DNA of 64,000 bases from an uncultured archaeon (GTDB taxonomy: Archaea > Asgardarchaeota > Lokiarchaeia > Sigyniarchaeales > SOKP01). Shown one piece after another: positions 41,450 to 52,343 of the stretch (positions are counted from its first letter, which is position 1; the number at the start of each line of letters is the position of its first letter). Under the pieces are notes generated by a model, which saw only the letters and a list, made by a program, of their open reading frames with translations, did not search any database and was not told the origin of the DNA. The DNA is taken from the NCBI GenBank assembly GCA_964486045.1, contig CAZALK010000004.1:32001-96000 (forward strand), in the 5' to 3' direction. The translations under genes were made by a program, and so were the position numbers.

Positions 41450-42907
41450 TTGATTAGTATGCGGAAGGGATTTATTGAACTAAACGAAAGTGGGGATATA
41501 CGAGAAATAGTTTTAGAGGGAATTGCTGATGTGGAAAAAACACACAAACTAAATAAACTTACTATAGATGAAATCGCTGAGGAAATCGCTCAGAGAAATG
41601 TTTTAGAAGATAGTCTTGTTTCAATTTTGGCTGTAATTTCAACTTCTTATGCGTACTTCAAGCATATTTGTAAAAGGGCATCTATTGAAAAACTTGAAGA
41701 ACTGATAGAGCATCCAAATTATGTTGTACAGTGTTATGCTTTCGTTGCTCTCACTCAGAAAAACACGGATAAGCTCTTTAAGATAATAATGTCAAAGCTT
41801 CATATTACTGAAGTAATAAAAACAATGGGATTTGATATTGGGGGGAGGACTAAAGTCGCTGACTTCTTTCTTTATGAGGGGCAACCATTTCTTACAGAAG
41901 AACAATTTCACAAAGTGGTTGAAGAAGTGCTTGAAAACAATTATGACCTTCAATTCAAATCATATTATTTCTTAGAATTAAATCCTAAAGAAAAGGATTA
42001 TAAGATGATAAGGAAATTTGTTACAGAATATAAAAATCCTTATGCACTTGTAGCTCTAGCGAAATTTCAAAAAAATGTGGATTTAGAAATTATTAAGAGT
42101 TTCTCTCATGGAGAATTATGGCAATTTAATAAAGCAGTCCAAATTTTTCCTCATCCTTCTTTATTGAATCCATTGCTGAAAATTCACAACAAGGGATTAG
42201 AAAGAAAAGAAACTTATCCTCCCAACCTTGAATCTTTATATACAGCTCTCTCCGTTTATCATAATATCGAAGCACTAGAAGTTTTAACAAAAACATTTGA
42301 TAGAATTAAAAATCGAGATTTTGTAGAGTATCATGCAGAAGCAATTTTCCGGGCGATAAGGGATTTTCAAGACGGTTTTTATGATAAACTGCTATTTATA
42401 CTTTGGAAAGATTACAATCAGATTAATTTAGAAATATTCGACTACTTATGGGAAAAAAATTCAGAACTCTCTCTTGAAACGATAAAAATTTCGGTAAACA
42501 ATCCAGATAAATTTTACCAAATGATTCATAATTGGGATAATTTTAAAGATACTACACAGGGGGTAGAAAAACTTGCGGAGAAAATGATTAGAATATTTGT
42601 CAGAGAAGATAAAAAAAACGCCTTTAAGGCAATTAAAACAAATATCCTGTTACAAAATGTAAATTATTTGCCAGTAATTACAAAAATTGTATCTAAGTTA
42701 TCAGAGGTAAAGGATGAGTTTATTGAAGTTTTATTTAATAGGTTTTCAAATGATAAAAATTACCATGTTTACTGCGAAATTGCTAAGTGCCTATTAGATT
42801 ATAATTCGTCTGAAATTAACAGCAAAATGTTACAAATTTTTAAAGAGAAATCATATTTACGCAAAAATGCTGAATTAAAGGAAATTTTGAAAAATGAAAT
42901 CCGTTAG
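41450..42907 (+). CDS. Alpha-helical (HEAT-like) hypothetical protein
   Basis: EHPNYVVQCYAFVAL, ALVALAKF patterns. Confidence 0.55.
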   Translation: MISMRKGFIELNESGDIREIVLEGIADVEKTHKLNKLTIDEIAEEIAQRNVLEDSLVSILAVISTSYAYFKHICKRASIEKLEELIEHPNYVVQCYAFVALTQKNTDKLFKIIMSKLHITEVIKTMGFDIGGRTKVADFFLYEGQPFLTEEQFHKVVEEVLENNYDLQFKSYYFLELNPKEKDYKMIRKFVTEYKNPYALVALAKFQKNVDLEIIKSFSHGELWQFNKAVQIFPHPSLLNPLLKIHNKGLERKETYPPNLESLYTALSVYHNIEALEVLTKTFDRIKNRDFVEYHAEAIFRAIRDFQDGFYDKLLFILWKDYNQINLEIFDYLWEKNSELSLETIKISVNNPDKFYQMIHNWDNFKDTTQGVEKLAEKMIRIFVREDKKNAFKAIKTNILLQNVNYLPVITKIVSKLSEVKDEFIEVLFNRFSNDKNYHVYCEIAKCLLDYNSSEINSKMLQIFKEKSYLRKNAELKEILKNEIR

Positions 42908-43089
42908 GTAAGGAACTTTATCAGATAATATCACTCCTTTCCTAAAACAAAATATAAAATCTCAGATATAATTGAATAATTTGAGCTCCGAAATTTACCT
43001 ATAAAGATTTCTTAGAGTAATAAGAATAATTAAAATCAGAATCTGATCCGCATTGAAATTCCTCTGAAAAAACTAAGAGGAATCCAACA

Positions 43090-43599
43090 ATGTTAAATGT
43101 AATTGGTGAATTATTTCCTTTACAAACAACAGTTAAAAATTATAAAATTATAATTATAAATATAAATAGCTGTGAAGGTATCTTGGTTAAAATCTATTCT
43201 ATATCGACAATAAGGAAAAAAGTTAGAGAATATGGGAAGAAAATTAGCGCTCCAACTCATTTATTGACCGTTCGATCTTCTAGTGATGGGTTTGGGACAC
43301 CTCATATTGAAATTGATGAGAATGGGTATAATTATGTAGTCAGTGAGAGAGGAACAGAATTTGAACGAAAACAGACAAAAGATATTAACTTAATATTATA
43401 CTGGATATTCAAACCGATTATATTTAGAATGGCGAGTGATTATGAATTAGAAAATCGAAAACCCAATGAAGATTCAAGAAGGCAATTATTTGCCAAACTA
43501 CTAAAATTGATGGAGCAACTTGATTCGAATTTTGCAAAATGGGAAAAGGAGGAGCTTGATAAATTTCTTGAGAAGGATCCTTACGAAAATAATTTATAA
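43090..43599 (+). CDS. Imm63-like immunity protein
   Basis: DGFGTPHIEI...YNYVVSERGTEFERKQT...DSRRQLF; true start probably downstream. Confidence 0.65.
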   Translation: MLNVIGELFPLQTTVKNYKIIIININSCEGILVKIYSISTIRKKVREYGKKISAPTHLLTVRSSSDGFGTPHIEIDENGYNYVVSERGTEFERKQTKDINLILYWIFKPIIFRMASDYELENRKPNEDSRRQLFAKLLKLMEQLDSNFAKWEKEELDKFLEKDPYENNL

Positions 43600-43778
43600 G
43601 TAAATAAAATACAAAGAAAAGAAAATACATTAAGCTAAAATTAGAGAAGCACGATCTTCATAGTTTTAAACGTTTTCGGGATTGGACTGAATTAAAAATT
43701 ATAATTTATATTTAATTGTGAGCAGAAAAACAAGATGTTAAATAGCCTTTTATTTGTTTTATCCCTTTAAATAGTAAT

Positions 43779-44318
43779 TTGAAAAAATCTAATTTAGTTT
43801 TTAAAGAGGTAAAAACACCGATTGGGGTCATGGTATTTGGATCATCTGAAAAAGGATTATGTTTACTCGATTTTAAATATAGGAAAAGTTTTCCACGAAT
43901 CCTTAGACGAATTAATGAATATTATGGAGACTCTGCAACCTATGGAACATCTCAATTCATTGAATTAGCTGAAAATCAACTAGAAAAGTATTTGCATGGA
44001 GATTTAAAGATTTTTACAGTTCCTTTAGATATTCGAGGAACTCAATTTCAATTAAAAGTCTGGAATGCATTATTACAAATAAAATATGGAAAGACAGCTT
44101 CTTATCTTGAAATTGCTAAAAAAATTGAAAGACCTACAGCAGTACGAGCGATTGCTAATGCAAATGGGCAAAATTCTATTGCCGTAATTATTCCCTGTCA
44201 CAGAATAATAGGTTCTGATGGTTCTTTGACTGGTTATGGGGGGGGAATCAAAATAAAGCAAAAATTACTGCATCTTGAATCAAAAAACGGGAGTAAAAAA
44301 ATTACGGATTTTGCTTAA
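43779..44318 (+). CDS. ogt: Methylated-DNA-protein-cysteine methyltransferase, copy 2 (intact)
   Basis: GTQFQLKVW...IPCHRII...GYGGG..K..LL.LE. Confidence 0.9.
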   Translation: MKKSNLVFKEVKTPIGVMVFGSSEKGLCLLDFKYRKSFPRILRRINEYYGDSATYGTSQFIELAENQLEKYLHGDLKIFTVPLDIRGTQFQLKVWNALLQIKYGKTASYLEIAKKIERPTAVRAIANANGQNSIAVIIPCHRIIGSDGSLTGYGGGIKIKQKLLHLESKNGSKKITDFA

Positions 44319-44632
44319 TAATCAATCATCTTAAATTATAGGTGGAAATTATATCTAATTCTGAATAAAGTAATTAGATTGGAAATTAGAATTCTCGTAA
44401 TGAAAGATATTAAAGATTTTTTAAAACTCATCAATTTAACTAAAGATAGCAGTTATTATGAAAATTTTTTTAAATCCATAGGATCATACGTAATTTTCAG
44501 TGCTTTTTCTACATCTAAACGATATCCATTTGAATCCTGTTCAACCATTTTTATAATTTAATTTTTAATTTTTAATACATTCCTATTAAAAATATCATCT
44601 ATATTTAATCATGAAAAGAAAAACAAGATTCG

Positions 44633-45547
44633 GTGAGAAATTTAAGTAGCAAAAAAATTCCAGTAATTCTGGATACCGATATTGGGATGGATATTGATGA
44701 TACGTGGGCTTTGGGCTTAATATTGAAGTGTCCCGAATTCGATGTAAAATTAATTACAACATCATCAGACAATACCACTATAAAAGCTAGGCTTGTTGCT
44801 AAATTTCTCGAAATTGCAGGGCGTACGGACATTCCTATAGGGATTGGTCCCTCAGAAAATCGTAAAAAAGGTAAATTATATCGTTGGATTGAAGATTATG
44901 AATTATCAAAATATCCTGGATCTGTCCATGAAAACGGCATGGAGGTTCTTTGTTCCACGATAATTGATTCTCCAGATCCCCTTACACTCATTGCAATTGG
45001 TCCTTTAGGAACCGTAGCAGGGGCACTTAAAATGAACCCAAATATTACAGAAAATGCTCGATTTGTAGGAATGCACGGAAGCATTCGAATTGGATACCAA
45101 GATGCACCTTCTCCACACCCCGAATATAATGTGATACGTGATATTCAAGCGTGTAAAGACGTGTTTCAAGCACCATGGGAGAAAACCATAACTCCATTGG
45201 ATACGTGTGGAAACATCGTGCTATCGGGTAAAGATTTTGAACGCATTATGAATTGTGATAATACAATTGTCAAAATAATCAAGGAAAATTTTAAGATATG
45301 GGCTAAGGAAAATAGATTAACTAAATTGATCACTGAAGATAAAAAAACGTCGATCCTATTTGATATGGTGGCGATTTACCTCGGTTTCTCTGAAGAGTTA
45401 CTAAATATAGAAGATTTAAAAATTGAAGTCACTGAGAAGGGGATTACCAAGATAAGTGAAAAAGGAAGTAATATACGATGTGCAACTTCTTGGAAAGATG
45501 TTCAAGCTTTTAAAGATCTGATTGTTAATCGACTAGTTAAATCTTAG
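44633..45547 (+). CDS. Inosine/uridine-preferring nucleoside hydrolase
   Basis: DTDIGMDIDD, AIGPL, EYN. Confidence 0.85.
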   Translation: MRNLSSKKIPVILDTDIGMDIDDTWALGLILKCPEFDVKLITTSSDNTTIKARLVAKFLEIAGRTDIPIGIGPSENRKKGKLYRWIEDYELSKYPGSVHENGMEVLCSTIIDSPDPLTLIAIGPLGTVAGALKMNPNITENARFVGMHGSIRIGYQDAPSPHPEYNVIRDIQACKDVFQAPWEKTITPLDTCGNIVLSGKDFERIMNCDNTIVKIIKENFKIWAKENRLTKLITEDKKTSILFDMVAIYLGFSEELLNIEDLKIEVTEKGITKISEKGSNIRCATSWKDVQAFKDLIVNRLVKS

Positions 45548-45583
45548 TTTCCAAAATACATTATTGACCTTGAAAAATGACCG

Positions 45584-47461
45584 TTATAGCAAACCCTCTT
45601 TTTTAAGCTTCGATTCAACGTCTTTTAAATCCAGTTTTTGTAATATTTCTGAAGTGGGTACACCTTCCTCATTCCACCCTACTGCTTTGTAATATTCGGA
45701 TTTCAATTTCTCGAATGTATTTTTATCTATTGATTCCCCTTTAAACGGTCCCGATGGGAGAGGTTCCCAAAATCTTGACGGTAGAGTATCATCTTGCTTT
45801 GATTTCCATTCAGCATCCGGTCCTCCAAGTAGTGATACAGCTCTCTGTAATTGTAAAATTCTTAATGCTTTTTCACTGAACCATCTTTCTTTTGTTAATT
45901 CCCAACCTGTAACTGCTTGATAGAAACTTGCAATTTGAGCAAAAGCTAGCGTAAAGGTAGTAAAGTTACAATATACTCCAGAATCACTCATAATTGAGCG
46001 TAATTCACTCCCACGTCCATCAATAGGAAGAGCAGCTGATGATGTATGGTCTCCTGCTTGAACTGATACACTATATCCAATTGAAGTTGTAGTGACCATG
46101 TCCTTACCGCTTCTAAGACCATGAGCTCCGATTGCCATGCCTTTAAGATGAATTGCATATTTGAGAACTTCAGTTTCTTTCATTTCTTCAAGTTTCAAAG
46201 CCGCCCGATATATACCTTCTGCTAATATATCACCAATACCTTCTCTAAAAGCAATTTTTCTTGCTAATTCTGCAAATGCATCAACATTTCCCCATTTAAG
46301 ATCAATCCCTCCTAAATCTTCTTTTGAAATGATACCTCTTTGGAATAATTCCCCTGTAAAACCCAAAAGTGAACCACCTTGAATTCCACAAAATCCTAAT
46401 TCTTCTATTATATAAGATAAATAAATGTTCTGTTCTGGTGAAAAAATACCCAAATTTGGCCCCAGGAATGCTTCAAGCTCGTAATCAGGATTATCACAGA
46501 TTGCCCCCTCATATTTTCCATCTCTTAACACCGCCAACTTTAGGCATGTAACAGGGCAACCGAAATCTCCCCAGTATTTTTTTACCCAAAGTTTGTCGAA
46601 TTCTTCACCTTTATAACCTTCCTCATTGTGCCATTCTTCCTGCCAATTTTTAATGGGCTCTGAACTTGAGTCAGCACCAAATGTATATCCTCCGGATCCT
46701 GTACCCCACCGTCTAAAAAGTTCTATCATAAAACATCTATCTGAAAATTCCTTCGACAGCTCGAGCATTTTACCCTGATCAAATACATCTGGTAAGGGGC
46801 CAAAACCTTTTACAACCACAGCTTTTAAGTTTTTAGATCCCATTACACCACCGTATCCTCCGTAACCAGCCGCATGTGTATATTTCGCTGCTACGGCTGC
46901 TACTCTGGATTTGTTTTCTCCAGCAGGACCTATATAGAGAACGGAAGGTTCCTTAAACTCCCCATAATTAGGACAAATTTTTTTGATATCATTAATCGAA
47001 TCCTTTATGAGATAACGCATAGATTCTCTGCTAGTTTTTCCCCATAAATGTGAAGCATCTTTAATCTCTATGTTATCATCGCAAATAAATAGGTAACATG
47101 GTTTTTCAGCCTTTCCTGTAAAAATTATTCCGTCATACCCCGCGCATTTCAATTCCACCCCAAACTCTCCCCCGACTGTTGACCCTATAATCCCATTGCC
47201 TTGGGGAGATTTTCCAGTTACGCAAGTTCTAGCACCGAGAAAATATCCTGTAAAAGGTCCAGTAAGCATGAGTAAAATATTTTCAGGGCCTAGAGGATCA
47301 ATCGTTTCCCACTTATTTCCAAGTCTATCCCATAATATCTTTACTCCTAAACCCCTTCCTCCCATATAATCTTGAAGAATTTTATCTGAAAATGTAATTT
47401 CTTCAATTTTCTTATTTCCAAGATCTATTTCCAGAAATTTTCCAGCATAACCATTCACCAT
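45584..47461 (-). CDS. aor: Aldehyde:ferredoxin oxidoreductase (tungsten AOR family)
   Basis: GYAGKFLEIDL, GGRGLG, IGPAGEN, MGSKNLKAV. Confidence 0.9.
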   Translation of the reverse strand: MVNGYAGKFLEIDLGNKKIEEITFSDKILQDYMGGRGLGVKILWDRLGNKWETIDPLGPENILLMLTGPFTGYFLGARTCVTGKSPQGNGIIGSTVGGEFGVELKCAGYDGIIFTGKAEKPCYLFICDDNIEIKDASHLWGKTSRESMRYLIKDSINDIKKICPNYGEFKEPSVLYIGPAGENKSRVAAVAAKYTHAAGYGGYGGVMGSKNLKAVVVKGFGPLPDVFDQGKMLELSKEFSDRCFMIELFRRWGTGSGGYTFGADSSSEPIKNWQEEWHNEEGYKGEEFDKLWVKKYWGDFGCPVTCLKLAVLRDGKYEGAICDNPDYELEAFLGPNLGIFSPEQNIYLSYIIEELGFCGIQGGSLLGFTGELFQRGIISKEDLGGIDLKWGNVDAFAELARKIAFREGIGDILAEGIYRAALKLEEMKETEVLKYAIHLKGMAIGAHGLRSGKDMVTTTSIGYSVSVQAGDHTSSAALPIDGRGSELRSIMSDSGVYCNFTTFTLAFAQIASFYQAVTGWELTKERWFSEKALRILQLQRAVSLLGGPDAEWKSKQDDTLPSRFWEPLPSGPFKGESIDKNTFEKLKSEYYKAVGWNEEGVPTSEILQKLDLKDVESKLKKEGLL

Positions 47462-47991
47462 TCATACACCTCTTCAGTTGCTTTTTCTCCCAAAATTTTT
47501 CTTGCAGTTTCATGTGTGAGTTCCTTAGGTGTTTTAGCTGTGATGTTTTCCATTTCCACATCTTGACTCTCTAAGAGAATCAAAGTATCCCACTTACCTT
47601 CCTGACAAATAGTCGTACATTTCGGTTTTCCCCCACATAAATCGCAAATTACTATATGATCATCTTGAGGATGGAGATGTGGTACTCTTCCAGGACAGGC
47701 ATTAATACATATTCCACATGCGGTACATTTCGATTTGTCAGTGATTACAGCTCTAGTTTGATCATCTACCGATAGAGCTTCCTCGGGACATTCCTCAACA
47801 CATGGGTAATCATTACATTGAAAACAGAGGTGAGGTATTTCAACTCCTGGAACAAGCATGAAAACTCTGACCCTGGAAGCTTCCGGCCAAATTTTCCCTT
47901 CGTGATGTAGAGAACATGTAATCTCACATCTTCTGCATCCGCTGCATTTTTCATAAATTCTTTTTATCCATAGTTTATTTACATTTTGCAT
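47455..47991 (-). CDS. 4Fe-4S dicluster protein (AOR partner)
   Basis: Multiple CxxCxxC motifs. Confidence 0.9.
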   Translation of the reverse strand: MQNVNKLWIKRIYEKCSGCRRCEITCSLHHEGKIWPEASRVRVFMLVPGVEIPHLCFQCNDYPCVEECPEEALSVDDQTRAVITDKSKCTACGICINACPGRVPHLHPQDDHIVICDLCGGKPKCTTICQEGKWDTLILLESQDVEMENITAKTPKELTHETARKILGEKATEEVYEW

Positions 47992-48270
47992 AACAATGCG
48001 CCATTACTTGTAAATGGTCATAATTCTTTATTTTTTTCTTATTTGTAATTTTTATAAACTTATTCACGATGATAGAATACACATCTGATGATTTGTAGAA
48101 GTGTATTTTTAACACAAATCAGACTTCAAATTATTTAAGTTTGAAGCGAGAGTTAAATAGAGATAAAAAATAATTTCTTAAAAGTATTGAAACCGTCATT
48201 AAAAAACCAAACATGCATCAACCTGGCGCAAGTCAAATAATTTAAAGTTCGTGGTTAAATCTACCATGAA

Positions 48271-49899
48271 TTAAACTTTTTCTATTATCTCTACAATTTT
48301 ATGATCCCTGAAAAAATATTGACAATCAGCATAGAATGAAGATATTGTATGGTGAGTTTCCAATAAAATTGCGATTTTATGATGTTTTGCGAGCATGTTA
48401 AGTACGTTTAACCATTTCTCCAAGATCTCCCCGCGTATATTCATAAAGGGTTCATTCATCAAGATTAACTTAGGTTTTAGTTTGAAAATTGCCATGCAAT
48501 GATAAAAAAAATTATCGATAGAAGTCATTGAATTTTTCAAATCATTCACCGCAGAAATTATCTCTTTGGGATGATCATTAATGAAATCATCAATGAAATT
48601 GATAAAGTCACTCTCTTTTGGATGGTTTTTCATGATATTTTTAGGTAATACCACTCTTCCCTCAACAACTAACGCTATCTTGTTATTTCTGAAGTCCTTC
48701 ATTAATTTACCCTTGAGTCCACCTAATAAAGTCCCGTCAATGAGAATTTCTCCCTTTTCTGGATGTTCCGTACCAAGTAGATAATTAATTATCTTCGATT
48801 TACCTGATCCCATTGGACCTCTCAGAGTAACCAATTCTCCTTTACCAATATTAATTACTCCCGTAATTTTTCCTTCAATTAGTTTTGCTTGTACTAGCGT
48901 TTTATGTTGAGATCTTTGGACAGGATTGTCTTCGGCAAACTTAATGGAATAATAAAAATCTCTCATCCAATCTGCCTTACTCGAGTAAGTACAGGAACGA
49001 CCACCATCTGCACTTAAATAATATTCACCCTTTAAAAAAACTGATGATTTACCTTTACAGTAGACGATATAAGAGTTACCATCCGAAATGTAACTTGCGC
49101 TATAAAATTTCACTTTTCCGTGTTTTGAATGCAGAGTGACTTGATCTGCCTTAATGTATTGAAATGGGGGCTCTGTTTTTTTACTGAAATTATTATTACC
49201 TGCATTTTTTAAACCAGTTAATTTACTTTCGAGCGATTCTCTGATATCCGGTGTATTATCTCCAATTAAATCCATCGCCCTCTCTAATTGTACTTTTGCG
49301 TTTTCTAAGTCACCTATTTTGATGAATAATCCTCCCAACATATCTCGTATCTTTAATATCCGGTTTAAAGGTATTGTTTCTTTAATAACAGAATCATATT
49401 TTTTAACAAGAGGCTGCAATTTTTTTCGAATATCTTCCTCATCCTGATAACTAAGTGACAAGAGTTTATACTGAAATTTCACAACCTTAGGGACAATTTC
49501 AAATAATTCTTCAATATAATTGCCTCTTGTAATGTAATCTTTCTCATTGAGCTTGATTTTCAATTCGAGGTATTTTAATAGAAGATAATTATGATTAGAT
49601 GAATATAATGAGCTGATATCAGCTTCGAACTTTTGTAGAAACTCTTGTATACGATCCTTAAAATGGAATTGATGATTAATGAGTGCGCGAAATAGGTAGT
49701 ATTCGAGCTTATGAAATGGATTATCACCGAGTTTCCACATTTCGATCGCGTGTGAAACGGACTCCTCAAAGTAGGATTGTGCCATAAAGAGTTTCGCTTT
49801 ATATTTATGAAAATCATACCCCTTCAATTGGTTGATTTCTTTTAGTGCCTTATCAAACAATTTAAGAGTTATCAAATCATCAATTTCCATAACATACAT
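48271..49899 (-). CDS. TPR-like N-terminus + divergent ABC-type ATPase
   Basis: GPMGSGKS; LILMNEP; ETH; no LSGGQ. Confidence 0.65.
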   Translation of the reverse strand: MYVMEIDDLITLKLFDKALKEINQLKGYDFHKYKAKLFMAQSYFEESVSHAIEMWKLGDNPFHKLEYYLFRALINHQFHFKDRIQEFLQKFEADISSLYSSNHNYLLLKYLELKIKLNEKDYITRGNYIEELFEIVPKVVKFQYKLLSLSYQDEEDIRKKLQPLVKKYDSVIKETIPLNRILKIRDMLGGLFIKIGDLENAKVQLERAMDLIGDNTPDIRESLESKLTGLKNAGNNNFSKKTEPPFQYIKADQVTLHSKHGKVKFYSASYISDGNSYIVYCKGKSSVFLKGEYYLSADGGRSCTYSSKADWMRDFYYSIKFAEDNPVQRSQHKTLVQAKLIEGKITGVINIGKGELVTLRGPMGSGKSKIINYLLGTEHPEKGEILIDGTLLGGLKGKLMKDFRNNKIALVVEGRVVLPKNIMKNHPKESDFINFIDDFINDHPKEIISAVNDLKNSMTSIDNFFYHCMAIFKLKPKLILMNEPFMNIRGEILEKWLNVLNMLAKHHKIAILLETHHTISSFYADCQYFFRDHKIVEIIEKV

Positions 49900-49950
49900 A
49901 ATAAAAATCCAAATTGATATATTTTATGATTTTTATTTATATTTTGAGTT

Positions 49951-50928
49951 ATGAGCAAATACCAACCATCCTCTGCAACAGAATTTATTGATTTCATTTC
50001 AAAAATTGTTATTCCTTTAAAATTTAAACCTGCCGTAGTTAGAATAGATAAAGGTCCTGTTCTTTGGGTTGGTGATATTCATGGATTTTATGATAATATT
50101 ACCCATGCAATAGAAATGGCAAAAGAAAACTCAGTTTCAACCTTGATATTTTTAGGGGATTATGTTGACAGGGGACCTTTACAAACGCAGAGTTTAACCA
50201 ATATTGTTTATAGTTTTGCCAGAAGTGAAGGTTATGACGGGAATTTTGATTTCATTGATCCCCTCTTTCTAGAATCATTTCCATTCAAAATTATTGCTTT
50301 GAAAGGTAACCATGAAGATATTGCAGTTAATAAAAGATATGGTTTTCTGTCTGAAATTGTTGAAATCTATGGTAAAACTAATTTAAAAAGCATTATTCAA
50401 TCAATAGAAATAGTTTATGAACATTTGCCAATTATTGCAGAAACTAAATGGGGAACACTTGGAGTACATGGGGGAATTCCTGAATTTAAATCCTTTAATG
50501 ATACAGTAGAACTAGAAATGGTGAAAACACTGCGAAAACTTAAAATTCCCATTAAACACAATCCATTGAAATTAAAAATGGATCTAAAAATGGCAATCGA
50601 ACAATTTCTGTGGAATGATCCAGATGAAAAGTTATCAAATGAGCATATTATATTCAGTGATAGCATGCGTGGAAGCCCATATAAAGTTTTTAATCAAAAA
50701 GCATTTAATGTATTTATGGAGAATCTCGGATATAATAGGTTAGTTCGAAGCCACCAATCATCTAAAGGCGCTTTTGATTCATTATGGAACGATACACTAA
50801 TTCACATCTTTAGTGCATTTCCTTATTTTGGGAATTGTAATACTCCTGCATTTTTTTTAGAATTTCAAGATGGAAGTGGGAAAATCATAAATCATCAAAA
50901 TCAGACTCTGTATTCAATAAAAAAATGA
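49951..50928 (+). CDS. PPP-family Ser/Thr protein phosphatase
   Basis: GDIHG, LGDYVDRG, GNHE, HGG, LWNDP, RSHQ, IFSA. Confidence 0.85.
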   Translation: MSKYQPSSATEFIDFISKIVIPLKFKPAVVRIDKGPVLWVGDIHGFYDNITHAIEMAKENSVSTLIFLGDYVDRGPLQTQSLTNIVYSFARSEGYDGNFDFIDPLFLESFPFKIIALKGNHEDIAVNKRYGFLSEIVEIYGKTNLKSIIQSIEIVYEHLPIIAETKWGTLGVHGGIPEFKSFNDTVELEMVKTLRKLKIPIKHNPLKLKMDLKMAIEQFLWNDPDEKLSNEHIIFSDSMRGSPYKVFNQKAFNVFMENLGYNRLVRSHQSSKGAFDSLWNDTLIHIFSAFPYFGNCNTPAFFLEFQDGSGKIINHQNQTLYSIKK

Positions 50929-51023
50929 TTTTAAGAATCAATTTGTTAACTATTATATAGTTTTCAGCTATACTTTAAAGGAAGAGTTTATTATATCATA
51001 TAAAAGATTTTTAGGTCCAAAAT

Positions 51024-52010
51024 ATGAAGTATGTTAGATTAGGGAAAACTGGGGTTGAAGTTTCCCGAATATGTTTGGGTATGATGTCGTTTGGAAACAA
51101 ACGAGAGTGGCAGCTTGAATTAGACCAAGCAAGGCCCATTGTTAATACCGCCTTAGATTTAGGAATAAATTTCTTCGATACAGCTAATGTATATAGTGCT
51201 GGTCGTTCAGAAGAAATCACGGGTGAATTGCTTAAAGATTCAAGGGATGATGTTATAATTGCCACAAAAGTGTATTTATCGGCATCAGGGATTAGAGATC
51301 CAAAAGAAAAACCAAATCAAATAGGTTTGTCACGAAAAATAATACGAAGAGAAATAGCTGGATCATTAAAAAGACTTGATGTAGACTACATTGACGTATA
51401 TCAAATTCACCGATTAGATTCGAATTTACCTATTGAAGAAATCCTAAGAAGTTTAAATCATTTAATTAATGAAGGAAAAGTGCTCCATATAGGTGCAAGT
51501 TCCATGTTTGCTTGGCAATTTGCTAAAAGTTTGTGGATTGCTGAAAAATATGATCTGGAACCATTCAGAACTATGCAAAACCATTATAATCTAGTATACA
51601 GAGAAGAAGAAAGAGAAATGATACCCTTGTGTAAAGATCAAGGAATAGGTATAATCTCTTGGTCACCATTGGCACGAGGATTTCTTAGTGGAAGATATTC
51701 CCGTTCAGATGAACCTGATTCTCCCCGAGTAAGATCGGATCCAAATTTGAAAATGAGATATTTCCATCCGGCAGATTTTGATGTTTTGGAAGCCGTAGTG
51801 GAACTTGCTAAGAACAAGGGTGTTTCTCCTGCTCAAATTGCTCTTGCATGGATGTTTTCAAAGGATTATGTCTCATCTCCGATATTGGGAGTTACAAAAG
51901 TAGAGCACGTTGAGCAAGCGGTTGAAGCTTTAAATATAAAACTTTCAGACGATGAAATTAAGAAATTAGAAGAACCTTATAAACCACATCATATAATAGG
52001 ACATGTTTAA
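51024..52010 (+). CDS. Aldo/keto reductase
   Basis: FFDTANVY, ATK, YQIHR, WSPLARG. Confidence 0.92.
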   Translation: MKYVRLGKTGVEVSRICLGMMSFGNKREWQLELDQARPIVNTALDLGINFFDTANVYSAGRSEEITGELLKDSRDDVIIATKVYLSASGIRDPKEKPNQIGLSRKIIRREIAGSLKRLDVDYIDVYQIHRLDSNLPIEEILRSLNHLINEGKVLHIGASSMFAWQFAKSLWIAEKYDLEPFRTMQNHYNLVYREEEREMIPLCKDQGIGIISWSPLARGFLSGRYSRSDEPDSPRVRSDPNLKMRYFHPADFDVLEAVVELAKNKGVSPAQIALAWMFSKDYVSSPILGVTKVEHVEQAVEALNIKLSDDEIKKLEEPYKPHHIIGHV

Positions 52011-52343
52011 GACACTAATGCAGGATTAAATTGGTGAATGTAAAGGTAAATTGGCCCTAGGCACCTATAGTCCTCAGTCGTTTGGATAAAATTCATTTTA
52101 AATTCTTGTAGAAAAAATCCAAAAGTTACTTCAGGTAATTTTATCTCATAAAGCAATAAGCCTTTTTCAATATTAATAGTGATAATCCTAGAATATTTGT
52201 CGTATTTCAACATTAATGTAAAAAGTATTATTTAAAATTCAAAAAGTGATGTTCATCAGTTAGATTAGAAAAGAAGTTTACTAGAAAATCTTTAAATTTA
52301 TAGAAAAAAAAGGAAAGTTAAAGATTAAAAGTTGACTTTTAAT

